In this document: positions 19,623 to 29,288 of the stretch, piece by piece
Position numbering within the stretch: the stretch's first letter is position 1
How the letters are laid out: every line of letters begins with the position of its first letter
Assembly: GCA_029856105.1 (NCBI GenBank)
Contig: JAHQWH010000011.1
Location: forward strand, 1-62,807
Length of the DNA: 62,807 nucleotides
Direction: 5' to 3'
DNA from: Promethearchaeia archaeon
GTDB lineage: Archaea > Asgardarchaeota > Lokiarchaeia > Sigyniarchaeales > SOKP01
Notes under the pieces: generated by a model
Databases searched by the model: none
What the model saw: only the letters and a program-made list of their open reading frames with translations
What the model was told of the DNA's origin: nothing
Made by a program: the position numbers and the translations under genes

Positions 19623-22346
19623 TTAATCTAAATATTTTTCTTGAAGATATTTATCAATTCCGTGAGCTGCTCGCTTACCCGCACCCATAGCAGAGATTAC
19701 AGTAGCGGAACCCGTTACGATATCTCCACCAGCAAATATCTCTTCAAGGTTGGTTTGAGATTTTTCATCCGTTTCGATGTAACCCCATTTGTTTATTTTT
19801 AATTCCGGTATTGATCTAGTTATGATTGGATTTGCTCTTGTTCCTATGCCTATAATGATCGTATCGGTATCGATTAGATATTCTGAATTTTCGATTGGGA
19901 TGGGACGTCTACGCCCAGACTCGTCAGGTTCCCCTAAATCCATTTTAATAACTTCCATTTGTGTAAGGTCGTCGTTTTCGTCTCCAATAAATCTCACTGG
20001 ATTTGTTAAGAATTGAAAAACAACGCCTTCTTCTAAAGCGTGATGATACTCTTCTCTTCTCGCGGGCATTTCTGCTTCGGACCTGCGATAAACAACAATA
20101 ACCTTTTCAGCACCTAATCGTAAGGCGGTTCTAGCGGAATCCAAAGCGACATTTCCCCCTCCTATAACAGTTACAATTTTTCCAATTTTAATAGGAGTAT
20201 CGTAGTCAGGAAACTTAAAAGCCTTCATTAAATTTGATCGAGTGAGGAATTCGTTAGCAGTTAAGACGCCGTTTAGGTTTAATCCCGGTACTTTTATAAA
20301 TATTGGAAGTCCTGCTCCAACTCCAATAAAAAAGGCTTTAAATCCCATTTCTTTCAAATCATCGATTGTTAAAGTTTTACCAATAATTACGTTATATTCA
20401 ACTTTAACATTTAACATCTTTAAAGTCTCAATTTCGCTTTTGACTATCTCTTTTGGCAACCGAAACTCTGGAATTCCGTAAGTTAATACGCCTCCACCAG
20501 CATGGAATGCTTCAAATATAGTCACATCGTAGCCATTCATTGCAAGCTCTCCGGCACAAGTTAGACCCGCCGGTCCAGAACCTATAACTGCAACTTTAAT
20601 ACCTTTAGGAGCTGCGCATTCGGGACATTCTTTAAGATTTTCTTTTCTTTCCCAGTCTGCGATGAATCTTTCCATATATCCTATTGCAATTGGTTCCCCA
20701 AGACCACTTAATAAACAATATTTCTCACATTGAGATTCTTGCGGACAAACTCTTCCACAAATAGCTGGTAATAAATTATATGATTTTATTTCGTATAGAG
20801 CTCCAATATATTTTTCTTGCTTCAATAATTTTATAAATTGAGGAATTCTTATGTTAACGGGGCATCCAGTAACACAGAGCGGGTCTCCACACTGTAAGCA
20901 TCTTTGCGTTTCTAATCTAATTATTTCTTCTGTTAATCCCTTAGGAACCTCTTCAAAGTTATTTTTCCTAATATTGGGGTCTTGCTCAATCATCTTTGGG
21001 CGATGATATTCTTCAAACTTCTTTAATTTAGATTTTGCTATTCTACTTAGAGTGTTAAAACTTTTACTATCTTCTTTAATCTCTTTCTTAACGATCATAT
21101 TAAGATCCAAAGCTTTTTGAAAGAATTCAGCACCTCTTTTAGTCCGTATAAATACCGTTGACCAACCAGGATCAGAACCAATAGAGCCTACGGAAATATC
21201 AGCGTGTATCGACGTCAAATCGTCGCAAAAAAAGCAACCGAACCGACCATACTTGTTAATTTTTTTTATTGGAACATCAAAAGCAGACCCTTTATGATCG
21301 TAGATTATAAAACGCCCTTTATTAATATCCATTTTTTTAACATCAGCAGGAGTTAATTTAAACTCATTTTTTAAAAGTTCAACAATTTTTACATAATCAA
21401 ACGATTCCATGCAAAGCAATCCGATCTTTAAAGCAATCTTATCGCAAAATGGTCTATTAAACGGAAAAAATGTGATTTTTTTTAGCGATTTCATTATACA
21501 AGGGGTACCCACTATAGCAAATTTATCGTAATCCTTACAGCCGTGAAATATTTTTAAAATAGGAGCATTTTCATATTTTGTCCCTGCTGTATGTAGAAGT
21601 TCATATTCATCTTCAATTAAATGTGGTAATGGTCTTAGAGGTTCGTCTCCTTCAGTTACAGCTAAAGCACCGTCGATTAATTTTTGTTGAAATCCCATTT
21701 TCAACAACGTGGTTACTATTCCTCCATCTTGAGCAACTGTTGTTATTCTTTCATCTGTTGTCTGAGCAGTACAAATTTCACTATAGTAATTAAATTGCTC
21801 TAAAAACTTAGTATCAGTATCATCGATTTCTTCAGGGGCTTCTAAAACCTTCGGAAAGAAGGCTCTTGGACAGCAGATATAACATAACCCGCAATCAATG
21901 CACATTTCTTCGTCAAAATCAAATGTCCCCTCAGAATAGTCAATTGCCCCAACTGGACAAATGGAAGCACATAACCCGCAGCCACTGCACAGATTTTTCT
22001 CTTTAATTATTGATACATTAGGAAAAATACCGTTTTGTTTAGAAGTTTCTACTACATCTTGAAAAAACCTTGGTTTCTCCCCAATAAATCCTAAATAGCC
22101 TAGCTCTTTTAGATACTCAATAGTACATAACAGATTTTTTTCTGATAACTGTAGTTCTTTTTTCAATTTAGGAATATTAATAGAGCCATGTTCTTCTATC
22201 TTCTCTAGAATTCCTTGTCTGGAACGCTCTACATCGGTTAATTCGCTAATTAAATCTCCAAATTCGTCCTCATTATATTTTCCTGACTCCAGAATCTTTT
22301 CTTTATTAGCAAGTAATATTTTAACTAAAGATCTTTGCTTTTCCAT
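19623..22346 (-). CDS. Fusion: wHTH + 2x[4Fe-4S] + FrhB/F420-binding domain + NfnB/GltD(SudA)-type NADPH flavoprotein
   Basis: CSGCGLCASICP, AQDGGIVT, AGTKY, AIVGTPC, IGLLCME, DISVGSIGS (FrhB), then RCLQCGDPLCVTGCP, GRVCPQESQCE, IGSGPAG, IGGGNVALDSAR, FAGGDIVTG (NfnB). Likely start is MEKQ at 22346. Confidence 0.9.
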   Translation of the reverse strand: MEKQRSLVKILLANKEKILESGKYNEDEFGDLISELTDVERSRQGILEKIEEHGSINIPKLKKELQLSEKNLLCTIEYLKELGYLGFIGEKPRFFQDVVETSKQNGIFPNVSIIKEKNLCSGCGLCASICPVGAIDYSEGTFDFDEEMCIDCGLCYICCPRAFFPKVLEAPEEIDDTDTKFLEQFNYYSEICTAQTTDERITTVAQDGGIVTTLLKMGFQQKLIDGALAVTEGDEPLRPLPHLIEDEYELLHTAGTKYENAPILKIFHGCKDYDKFAIVGTPCIMKSLKKITFFPFNRPFCDKIALKIGLLCMESFDYVKIVELLKNEFKLTPADVKKMDINKGRFIIYDHKGSAFDVPIKKINKYGRFGCFFCDDLTSIHADISVGSIGSDPGWSTVFIRTKRGAEFFQKALDLNMIVKKEIKEDSKSFNTLSRIAKSKLKKFEEYHRPKMIEQDPNIRKNNFEEVPKGLTEEIIRLETQRCLQCGDPLCVTGCPVNIRIPQFIKLLKQEKYIGALYEIKSYNLLPAICGRVCPQESQCEKYCLLSGLGEPIAIGYMERFIADWERKENLKECPECAAPKGIKVAVIGSGPAGLTCAGELAMNGYDVTIFEAFHAGGGVLTYGIPEFRLPKEIVKSEIETLKMLNVKVEYNVIIGKTLTIDDLKEMGFKAFFIGVGAGLPIFIKVPGLNLNGVLTANEFLTRSNLMKAFKFPDYDTPIKIGKIVTVIGGGNVALDSARTALRLGAEKVIVVYRRSEAEMPARREEYHHALEEGVVFQFLTNPVRFIGDENDDLTQMEVIKMDLGEPDESGRRRPIPIENSEYLIDTDTIIIGIGTRANPIITRSIPELKINKWGYIETDEKSQTNLEEIFAGGDIVTGSATVISAMGAGKRAAHGIDKYLQEKYLD

Positions 22347-22347
22347 T

Positions 22348-23232
22348 TTAAGACGCCTCACTCCTATATTTTTTTAAAGCTCTACATTCTTCTTCGTAGC
22401 ATTCTAAGGATTCTTTTTCTTGATCAACAAATCTATTAGCGCGTTTTAATAGGTTATTAAAATCTACGATATGCCCGTCGACATCGGGGCCGTCAACGCA
22501 CGCAAATTGAACGCCTCCGTCAAGCGTTGAAAAACGGCAACCACCACACATTCCAGTTCCGTCGATCATAATTGTGTTTAGGGAAACAAATGTTTTTACT
22601 TTAGGTAAATCGCCAGACCCATTAGTTGTAAGAGCAACAAATTTCATCATTATTAAAGGGCCAATTGCGATAACAATGCTTATTTTTTCTCTTTTCATTA
22701 TTTCTGTAAGTGGTACTGTGACAACTCCCTTAATTCCCTCACTTCCGTCATCTGTACAAATAATTAATTCATCGCTTACTGATCTCATTTTTTCTTTCCA
22801 AAACAATAATTCGGTATTTCTAGCACCTAATATCGAAATGACTTTATTTCCTGCTTCCTTTAATTCTTTTGCCTGAGGATAGCATGGTGCAATACCCACA
22901 CCACCTCCAATTATTACTATTGGATAATCGTACTTTTTAATATGAATTTTATTTCCTAAAGGCCCCACTATATCAAGTATCGTATCTCCCGCTTCTAAAT
23001 GTGATAGTAATTTAGTGCTTTTTCCAACAACCTGAAATACTATAGTTATCGTTTCTTTCTCTCGATCGTAATCTGCAATGGTCAATGGAAACCGTTCTCC
23101 AGTTTCATTGATTCTTAGTAATATAAAATTTCCCGCATATGCTTTTTTAGCGATTAAAGGAGTAGAAATTATCATTTCAAATACTATACTACTAGCCCCA
23201 AGTTCTCTTTTTTCTAAAATTTCAAATGGCAG
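22348..23232 (-). CDS. nfnA: NfnA/SudB-type FAD/[2Fe-2S] electron-transfer subunit (CTG start)
   Basis: ERFPLTIADYD, VGPLG, GGGVGIAP, TDDGSEG, DGTGMCGGCR, ACVDGP. The conserved N-terminus (L)PFEILEKRELG begins at CTG 23232, 7 nt after GGTGA. Confidence 0.85.
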   Translation of the reverse strand: MPFEILEKRELGASSIVFEMIISTPLIAKKAYAGNFILLRINETGERFPLTIADYDREKETITIVFQVVGKSTKLLSHLEAGDTILDIVGPLGNKIHIKKYDYPIVIIGGGVGIAPCYPQAKELKEAGNKVISILGARNTELLFWKEKMRSVSDELIICTDDGSEGIKGVVTVPLTEIMKREKISIVIAIGPLIMMKFVALTTNGSGDLPKVKTFVSLNTIMIDGTGMCGGCRFSTLDGGVQFACVDGPDVDGHIVDFNNLLKRANRFVDQEKESLECYEEECRALKKYRSEAS

Positions 23233-23727
23233 TTTAATATCACCTATTTTTTTAATATGAAGAGATATAATCTCTTCTTATAGGATTTAAAATCAATTAG
23301 AGGTTTTTAAATTAATGATTATCAAAAAAAAGTAGTTAAAAGTTCAAAATAGATAAGACAAAGAAAAAGTATGTTAAAATTTTAATGTTTATAGAAATAT
23401 ACTCTGATGAGGTCTCCCAACCTAGTATGATTGTTTCTATTTGTGATTTAATCAATATATTGAAAAATTTTAATATTCTAGAACACATTTAGATAATTAA
23501 AATTAATAAATATTATAAATAAAAGAACTGATTATTAAATTTCATCGTTTAACATTCAAAGAAAGCTTGATAAGAAAAATTATGATAATTTTATTTTTGA
23601 TAATAACAATTATTCTTGTCAAATGAAATAGAAATGTGATTATCAGAATATTTATATGTTTCTGTCTAAAATTATTCTATAGTTATAGAAATTAAATTAA
23701 TCTTAATTACTTAAATGCGTTAATTCA

Positions 23728-24357
23728 ATGGAAGTTTTGGAATTTCATCCTATAAAAAATAAAACGGTTAATATCTATTTAATAAGAAGAGAAGACAGAG
23801 ATTTATTAAGTTTACATCATAGTAATTTAGAAAAAATCATAGAAGCAGAAAAATTTAAGTTTGCAATTGTTGATTTTAACGATTCCGAGGTTAAAAAATA
23901 TTATCAAACTCCTTTATCAGAGTTTATAGAGAAATTCCATTTGCCTTATTACGAAGTTGAAATCCCTGAAAGTATTAAATCTTATTTCTATGTTGAGCTT
24001 TTAGACTTGGAAGTACAGATAGATGAATTAGAGCAAGAATATGAAAAACTTCTTTTGAATGATCAAGAAGATACGTTTAAAGCTCAGAGCTTAAAATCCT
24101 GGATATATTTATTAAAAGATAAAGTGGAATATACAAAAAACTTATTAGAATATACCATAAAACCAAAATGGATTGTAAAAAAAATATTAGATGTTGTAAA
24201 TAACATCAAAAATGATAATTTATCTATAATCCATTTTGCTCATAAAGATTTAATTTCTGAACTGAAAAAATTATTTGAAGAATATAATATCAAAGTCATG
24301 AAATATGATATTCGAGAAGATAAATTAAAATCAATCGTAATAATAAAAGAGGGATGA
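23728..24357 (+). CDS. Hypothetical protein, paralog of the N-terminal domain of 24354-26024
   Basis: Aligns by eye: MEVLE/MQVLE, LPYYEVEIPE/IPYEFVDIPD, WIYLLKD/WKQLLKD, YTIKPKWIVKKILD/YKIREAWMMMTILE; ATGA overlap with next gene. Confidence 0.7.
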   Translation: MEVLEFHPIKNKTVNIYLIRREDRDLLSLHHSNLEKIIEAEKFKFAIVDFNDSEVKKYYQTPLSEFIEKFHLPYYEVEIPESIKSYFYVELLDLEVQIDELEQEYEKLLLNDQEDTFKAQSLKSWIYLLKDKVEYTKNLLEYTIKPKWIVKKILDVVNNIKNDNLSIIHFAHKDLISELKKLFEEYNIKVMKYDIREDKLKSIVIIKEG

Positions 24358-26024
24358 AAATAATGCAAGTTTTAGAATTAAAACGATTAAAAGAAAAAAA
24401 ACTTAAATTAATATTAATTGAGAGTGAATTTCCGATAGATTGGGCTTTAGAATTACCAAAAGAAGAAGGAATCTTAAGTAATTTATTTTTTGTTTCAAGG
24501 GCGTATATGGAATTTATTAAAGATTTAGTGAATAAATACCACCCTAATTTCGTAGTAGAAGATAATGGAATGCGTTCAATTGAAGAACCATCTACTGATG
24601 ATGAATTTGGAGCGATTTTTCTTAATGCAGGTATCCCATATGAATTTGTGGATATTCCGGATTATGCATTAAATGTAGTTTCAGCACCACTAATGGATAA
24701 GAAAGAATTTATAAAAAAAATCACAGAAGAGATTGAAAGTTATAAAAAAATGGGTCGTGTACATTATAACGATCCTAATTTTCAACAGTTAGTAATTTGG
24801 AAACAATTATTAAAAGATGATTTCAAAGCACAAGAAGATGAAATAAGATATAAAATCCGTGAAGCTTGGATGATGATGACTATCTTAGAATTAGCTAAAA
24901 AACAAGAAAAAAACCAATTGACAGCATTTTTTATTATTGATAAGAATCATTTTGATGGCATCTCATTTTTAGCTAAAGAATTAGATATAGGAACTGAAAT
25001 AATTAATATTAAGAAAAAGAAAAAATATCCTGATGAAGAAACATCGATTAATGACATATTGAATAAGTCTATACTTGAAATAATGCCTATAAAAGTGAAA
25101 AAAAAAGAAAAAGAAGAAAGAATTTTATACTTTTTTGATACAGATGAGTATTGTTCTCCTTTTGATACAAATATGGGTTATGATGCGGGATTTGATATAG
25201 TAATCCCATATTCTAGAATGAAAGCAGACAGAGTCTCAAGGCTAGTTCAAGATGCTATGTTTTCTCGAAAAGTGGGAGCTTCTTCAGCTTATTTTGTTGG
25301 TGGTTCTGATGTTATAGAAAGTGAAAAAATTGCGGAGGAAGTTTTAAAAACTATTATTCCACCCTTTGAATCTCCTGTAATTATAGATCCACGTGGTTCT
25401 CATACAACAGCTTCAGCAATAGTTGCAAAAACAATAGAGGTTGCAAGAAGCCATGAAATTTCAGACTTATCAGGTAAAAAGATAGTTTGCTTAGGAGGAA
25501 CTGGTCCTGTAGGACAAATATCCGCTCTAATTGCTTCAAAACTTAACGCAAAAGTAGTTATTACTTCAAGAAGAGAACAAATCGTAAAAGAATTAGCAAA
25601 AAATTTGACTAAGAAGGCAGGAAATGGTGCTACTAAGATTATAGGAGAAGCTGCAAATTCCGATGAACAATATCTGAAAATATTAAAGGACGCAGATATA
25701 ATATGGGCTGTTGGGAAAGCAGGAGTCCAAATAATCTCAGAAAAATTAATGAAACAGCTACCTCCAAATAAAATTGTCGTAGATATTAATTTGGTTCCCC
25801 TCTATGGAATAGAAGGTATGAAACCAGACTATTATAATGAAGAGTTTTATCCTGGTATTTATGCGATAGGTGCACTTGACATAGGACGATTAAAATACAA
25901 AATTGAGAGGGAAATCTTTAAGAAAGCTTTAAAGGCTAAAGGTAAAAAAATCTTTGATTACAATATTGCTTTTGAAATTGCTAATAAGATAGTATTTGGC
26001 GAGGAAATAAAAATTTTAGTTTAA
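24354..26024 (+). CDS. mtdB: NAD(P)-dependent methylene-H4MPT dehydrogenase (MtdB/MtdA-like) fused to a ~250-aa N-terminal domain
   Basis: SPFDTNMGYDAGFD, LVQDAMFSR, DPRGSHTTASA, LGGTGPVG, VDINLVPLYGIEG, GALDIGRLKYKI. Confidence 0.8.
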   Translation: MKIMQVLELKRLKEKKLKLILIESEFPIDWALELPKEEGILSNLFFVSRAYMEFIKDLVNKYHPNFVVEDNGMRSIEEPSTDDEFGAIFLNAGIPYEFVDIPDYALNVVSAPLMDKKEFIKKITEEIESYKKMGRVHYNDPNFQQLVIWKQLLKDDFKAQEDEIRYKIREAWMMMTILELAKKQEKNQLTAFFIIDKNHFDGISFLAKELDIGTEIINIKKKKKYPDEETSINDILNKSILEIMPIKVKKKEKEERILYFFDTDEYCSPFDTNMGYDAGFDIVIPYSRMKADRVSRLVQDAMFSRKVGASSAYFVGGSDVIESEKIAEEVLKTIIPPFESPVIIDPRGSHTTASAIVAKTIEVARSHEISDLSGKKIVCLGGTGPVGQISALIASKLNAKVVITSRREQIVKELAKNLTKKAGNGATKIIGEAANSDEQYLKILKDADIIWAVGKAGVQIISEKLMKQLPPNKIVVDINLVPLYGIEGMKPDYYNEEFYPGIYAIGALDIGRLKYKIEREIFKKALKAKGKKIFDYNIAFEIANKIVFGEEIKILV

Positions 26025-26152
26025 AAAGTATTTTTGTTTAAAAGATTTACCTATTTTTTTTTTATTTTGTTAGGTATTTACTGATAAAATTTTGGAATAA
26101 AAAGCATTATAGTCAAGCGAGAATTTATTCTAAATTATATTAAAAATATAAA

Positions 26153-28906
26153 TTAGTTGAGAAATAATAATTTACCAATAAAGCTTGTTAGGTCCACAAC
26201 TTTAATTTTGTTTTTTAATTCTTTTTTTTCATTTAAATAACAATTAAAGTGGGCTAAACACTTGGGGCAACTAACGATTAGATACTCGGCACCAGTATTG
26301 ATCGCTTCTTTAATACGAATAGCTTGAATCTCTCTGGAATACTCATTACAACTTATATAAGCGGATACACCACAACATAAAGCATCTTTTTTATTACTCT
26401 CCATCTCAACTAATTCAATGAATGGAATCTTATTCAATACTTCGCGGGGTGCATCGTAAACATTACTTAATCGTCCTAGTCTACATGCATCATGATATGT
26501 AACTCTAATTTTTTCAGAAATTGGGAATTTAACATCGTCTATCAAATGTTCTTTTAGGATGTACTCTGTTATGTGATAAATCTCAAAGTTAAACTCATCA
26601 GTTCCTTCAAATAATTTTGGATACTCAAATTTCCATGTATAGTAACCCTCTGCACAACTAAGTATTAATGTTTTTACTCCAGCATCGTTGAATAATTGAA
26701 CATTGTGTCTTGCTAACTTTTCAAATGTATTAGTATCTCCTTGCCATAAATTATCGTGTCCACAACATTTTTCGTTTGAAAGAACTACAGGCACGATTTC
26801 TTTTTGGTTTAAAAGACCTATTACTACTCTTGGAATCTTAAGGAAATCCAACGCACTATAATAAGGAACAACGGGTTGTATACCATAACTACATTCTTGT
26901 ATATTAGATTCGTCGCATGAATTTATGTAAACATCTAATTTTTGATCTATACTACAACAAATATTGCAATGTAAACACCTACTTGCTTCCTGGATTGCAC
27001 TTTCTTCCGTGAGAGGTAATTCGACCTCATTAAAGCTTCTTAATCTTTGCTGTATAGGTATAAAGTCTATACCTTCTCTGGGCATTTTACTGGCTTCTTT
27101 TTTAGGTATTGGAGCAAGTTTAGAATTTTTTCTAATGACTCTATTTTTTTTTAAATCAATTCCTCTAAGATATCGATCGATCGAAACCGCTGCATTATTT
27201 CCATGTCCTATGGCTCTAACAGCTATCCCTTCGCCTGGGATTACATCTCCTCCTGCAAAGATGTGGGGGATTTTGGTTTGCATTGTTAATTCGTCTGTTA
27301 TAATTTTCCCCCATCGATCTACTTCTAATTGGCCATGAGCAGCTTCTAAAAGCGTTAAATCTGTACCTTGTCCAATAGCAAGTATGAAAAAATCAAGCTC
27401 CATTCTAAATTCTGATCCTTCTATAGGAATTGGTCTTCTCCGACCAGATTTATCTAGTTCGCCAAGCTCCATCCGAATGCATTCTATTTCTTTTAGAATA
27501 CCTTCTTTATCTCCAATTGCTTTTATTGGATTTGTTAAAAATTGAAATTCAACTTTTTCTTCCTTTGCCATTTCAATTTCTTCTTCTTGAGCAGGCATTT
27601 CCTTTTCAGAACGACGATAAATCACTACGACTTTCTTGGCACCTAATCTTAAAGCAGTTCTTGCAGAATCCATAGCAACATTTCCTCCACCTACTACGCC
27701 TATAATTTTATCTTTGAAATCAAATTGTTTTTTTGTTAAATTTTTATCTTTGAGAAAATTTAGACCACATAAAACGTTCTTAAGGTTTTCTCCTTCCATT
27801 TTGAGTCCTAAACAAGTCTGTTGCCCTATCGAAATAAAAAAGGCTTTATAGCCCTGTTTTTCTAAATTTTCAAAAGATAATTTAGGTCCGACTGGAGTAT
27901 TTAATTTTATTTCAACTCCCATTTTTTCAATAAATTCAATTTCATAATCTAAAATATAGGCCGGTAAACGGTATCTTGGTATCCCAGATCGTAAAGTCCC
28001 TCCTTTATAAATTTCTGCTTCAAACACGGTAGGTTTATAACCTTGTCTCGCTAAAAAATAAGCTGCGGATAACCCTCCGGGACCAGCACCTATTATAGCT
28101 ACTTTTTCCTTAGTTTGTTTAACGGGTTTAATATTGGATTTTGCCTTATTGTTTAATTCCCAATCTGCGATGAATCTCTTTAAAGATCGAATACCAAGAG
28201 CTTCATCGATATCTTTGCGGTTGCATTCAAGCGCGCAAGGTTCTGTACAAACTCGCGCACATATCATGGGAAAGGGGTTGCTTTCCCTAATTAAATCAAT
28301 AGCTTCTTGAAATTTACCTTCCGCAATTAATGAGATATAACCTTGAACATCAACTCCTGCGGGACACGCATTAGAACACGGAGGAATGGAATTCATAAAA
28401 GGAAGGCAACCCATAAAATAGGCGATTTCCCCTTTGTTTGTAAATTTTAAATTAGTGTAATCTAAAAATCCGAGTTTGTTATCGATATTAACATTATCAT
28501 TTGCCATTAATTGAGGTAAACTTGAATATACTCTATCGTGATGACATTCAAGTTGTTCTGTCTGTAAAATCTCAGATTCGGAAGTAAGAGTGCGGAGACT
28601 TTTAATAATTTCTACAAAATCTACACCAGTATTATCCTTAAACATAGGACAATACTCCATGCATTGCCCACAAGTCAAGCAGTTCCAAATATTATTGTTT
28701 TCTAACGCTTCCTCTAGCGGTAGGAAAGTCAAATCAGTAATCAATTTTCTTGGAAAAAACGTACCTAAAAAACTTGTAGGACATACATTAACACAACGAT
28801 TACAATCGTAACAATAATTTGCGTTAGCTATTACTTTATTAATGACTTCACTATAAATTTTAGACTTTTCTTTTTTAACTCTTTCTATATCTTTAGATTC
28901 AGTCAT
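26153..28906 (-). CDS. HdrC-like 2x[4Fe-4S] + inserted GltD/NfnB flavoprotein module + CCG domains (HdrD/HdrB-like)
   Basis: CYDCNRCVNVCP, WNCLTCGQCMEYCP; AYFMGC then PPCSNACPAGVDVQGY, IGAGPGG, GGGNVAMD, RCLHC; then EKCCG, SCAEGY, YHDACRLGR, LCCG, SCPKC. Confidence 0.88.
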   Translation of the reverse strand: MTESKDIERVKKEKSKIYSEVINKVIANANYCYDCNRCVNVCPTSFLGTFFPRKLITDLTFLPLEEALENNNIWNCLTCGQCMEYCPMFKDNTGVDFVEIIKSLRTLTSESEILQTEQLECHHDRVYSSLPQLMANDNVNIDNKLGFLDYTNLKFTNKGEIAYFMGCLPFMNSIPPCSNACPAGVDVQGYISLIAEGKFQEAIDLIRESNPFPMICARVCTEPCALECNRKDIDEALGIRSLKRFIADWELNNKAKSNIKPVKQTKEKVAIIGAGPGGLSAAYFLARQGYKPTVFEAEIYKGGTLRSGIPRYRLPAYILDYEIEFIEKMGVEIKLNTPVGPKLSFENLEKQGYKAFFISIGQQTCLGLKMEGENLKNVLCGLNFLKDKNLTKKQFDFKDKIIGVVGGGNVAMDSARTALRLGAKKVVVIYRRSEKEMPAQEEEIEMAKEEKVEFQFLTNPIKAIGDKEGILKEIECIRMELGELDKSGRRRPIPIEGSEFRMELDFFILAIGQGTDLTLLEAAHGQLEVDRWGKIITDELTMQTKIPHIFAGGDVIPGEGIAVRAIGHGNNAAVSIDRYLRGIDLKKNRVIRKNSKLAPIPKKEASKMPREGIDFIPIQQRLRSFNEVELPLTEESAIQEASRCLHCNICCSIDQKLDVYINSCDESNIQECSYGIQPVVPYYSALDFLKIPRVVIGLLNQKEIVPVVLSNEKCCGHDNLWQGDTNTFEKLARHNVQLFNDAGVKTLILSCAEGYYTWKFEYPKLFEGTDEFNFEIYHITEYILKEHLIDDVKFPISEKIRVTYHDACRLGRLSNVYDAPREVLNKIPFIELVEMESNKKDALCCGVSAYISCNEYSREIQAIRIKEAINTGAEYLIVSCPKCLAHFNCYLNEKKELKNKIKVVDLTSFIGKLLFLN

Positions 28907-29187
28907 ATTAATTACTTTTCAGTCTTTAATCTTGTTAAATATAATTTACAGAAATTTATATATACTTTTATTATAGTACAAAAGATATATTTTTCACTAT
29001 AAGACATTAAAATATGCTTTTTGATAAATTTCTTTTTTGTATAGCTAAATTCTCAAAATTCTAATTTAATTCGATTTCATTTTAAAATTAGGGAATTTTA
29101 AATAAAATAAAAACTAAGTAAAAATTAATTTTAAAAAAAACATTATTTTTAGAGTGTTTAACATCAGAGGATTAGTTAGTGTAGAAG

Positions 29188-29203
29188 TTGTTCCTATGAA
29201 CAA
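29188..29203. promoter_or_regulatory. Perfect dyad TTGTTC-N4-GAACAA in the divergent promoter region (candidate operator)
   Basis: ttgttc ctat gaacaa between the Hdr-GltD fusion and aor. Confidence 0.35.
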
Positions 29204-29288
29204 TCAACCTAATAAATAGTAGTTCTCTATATTAAATATTAAATCTCTTTATACTAAAAAAAATCAAAAACAAAATTTAGTGAAAATC

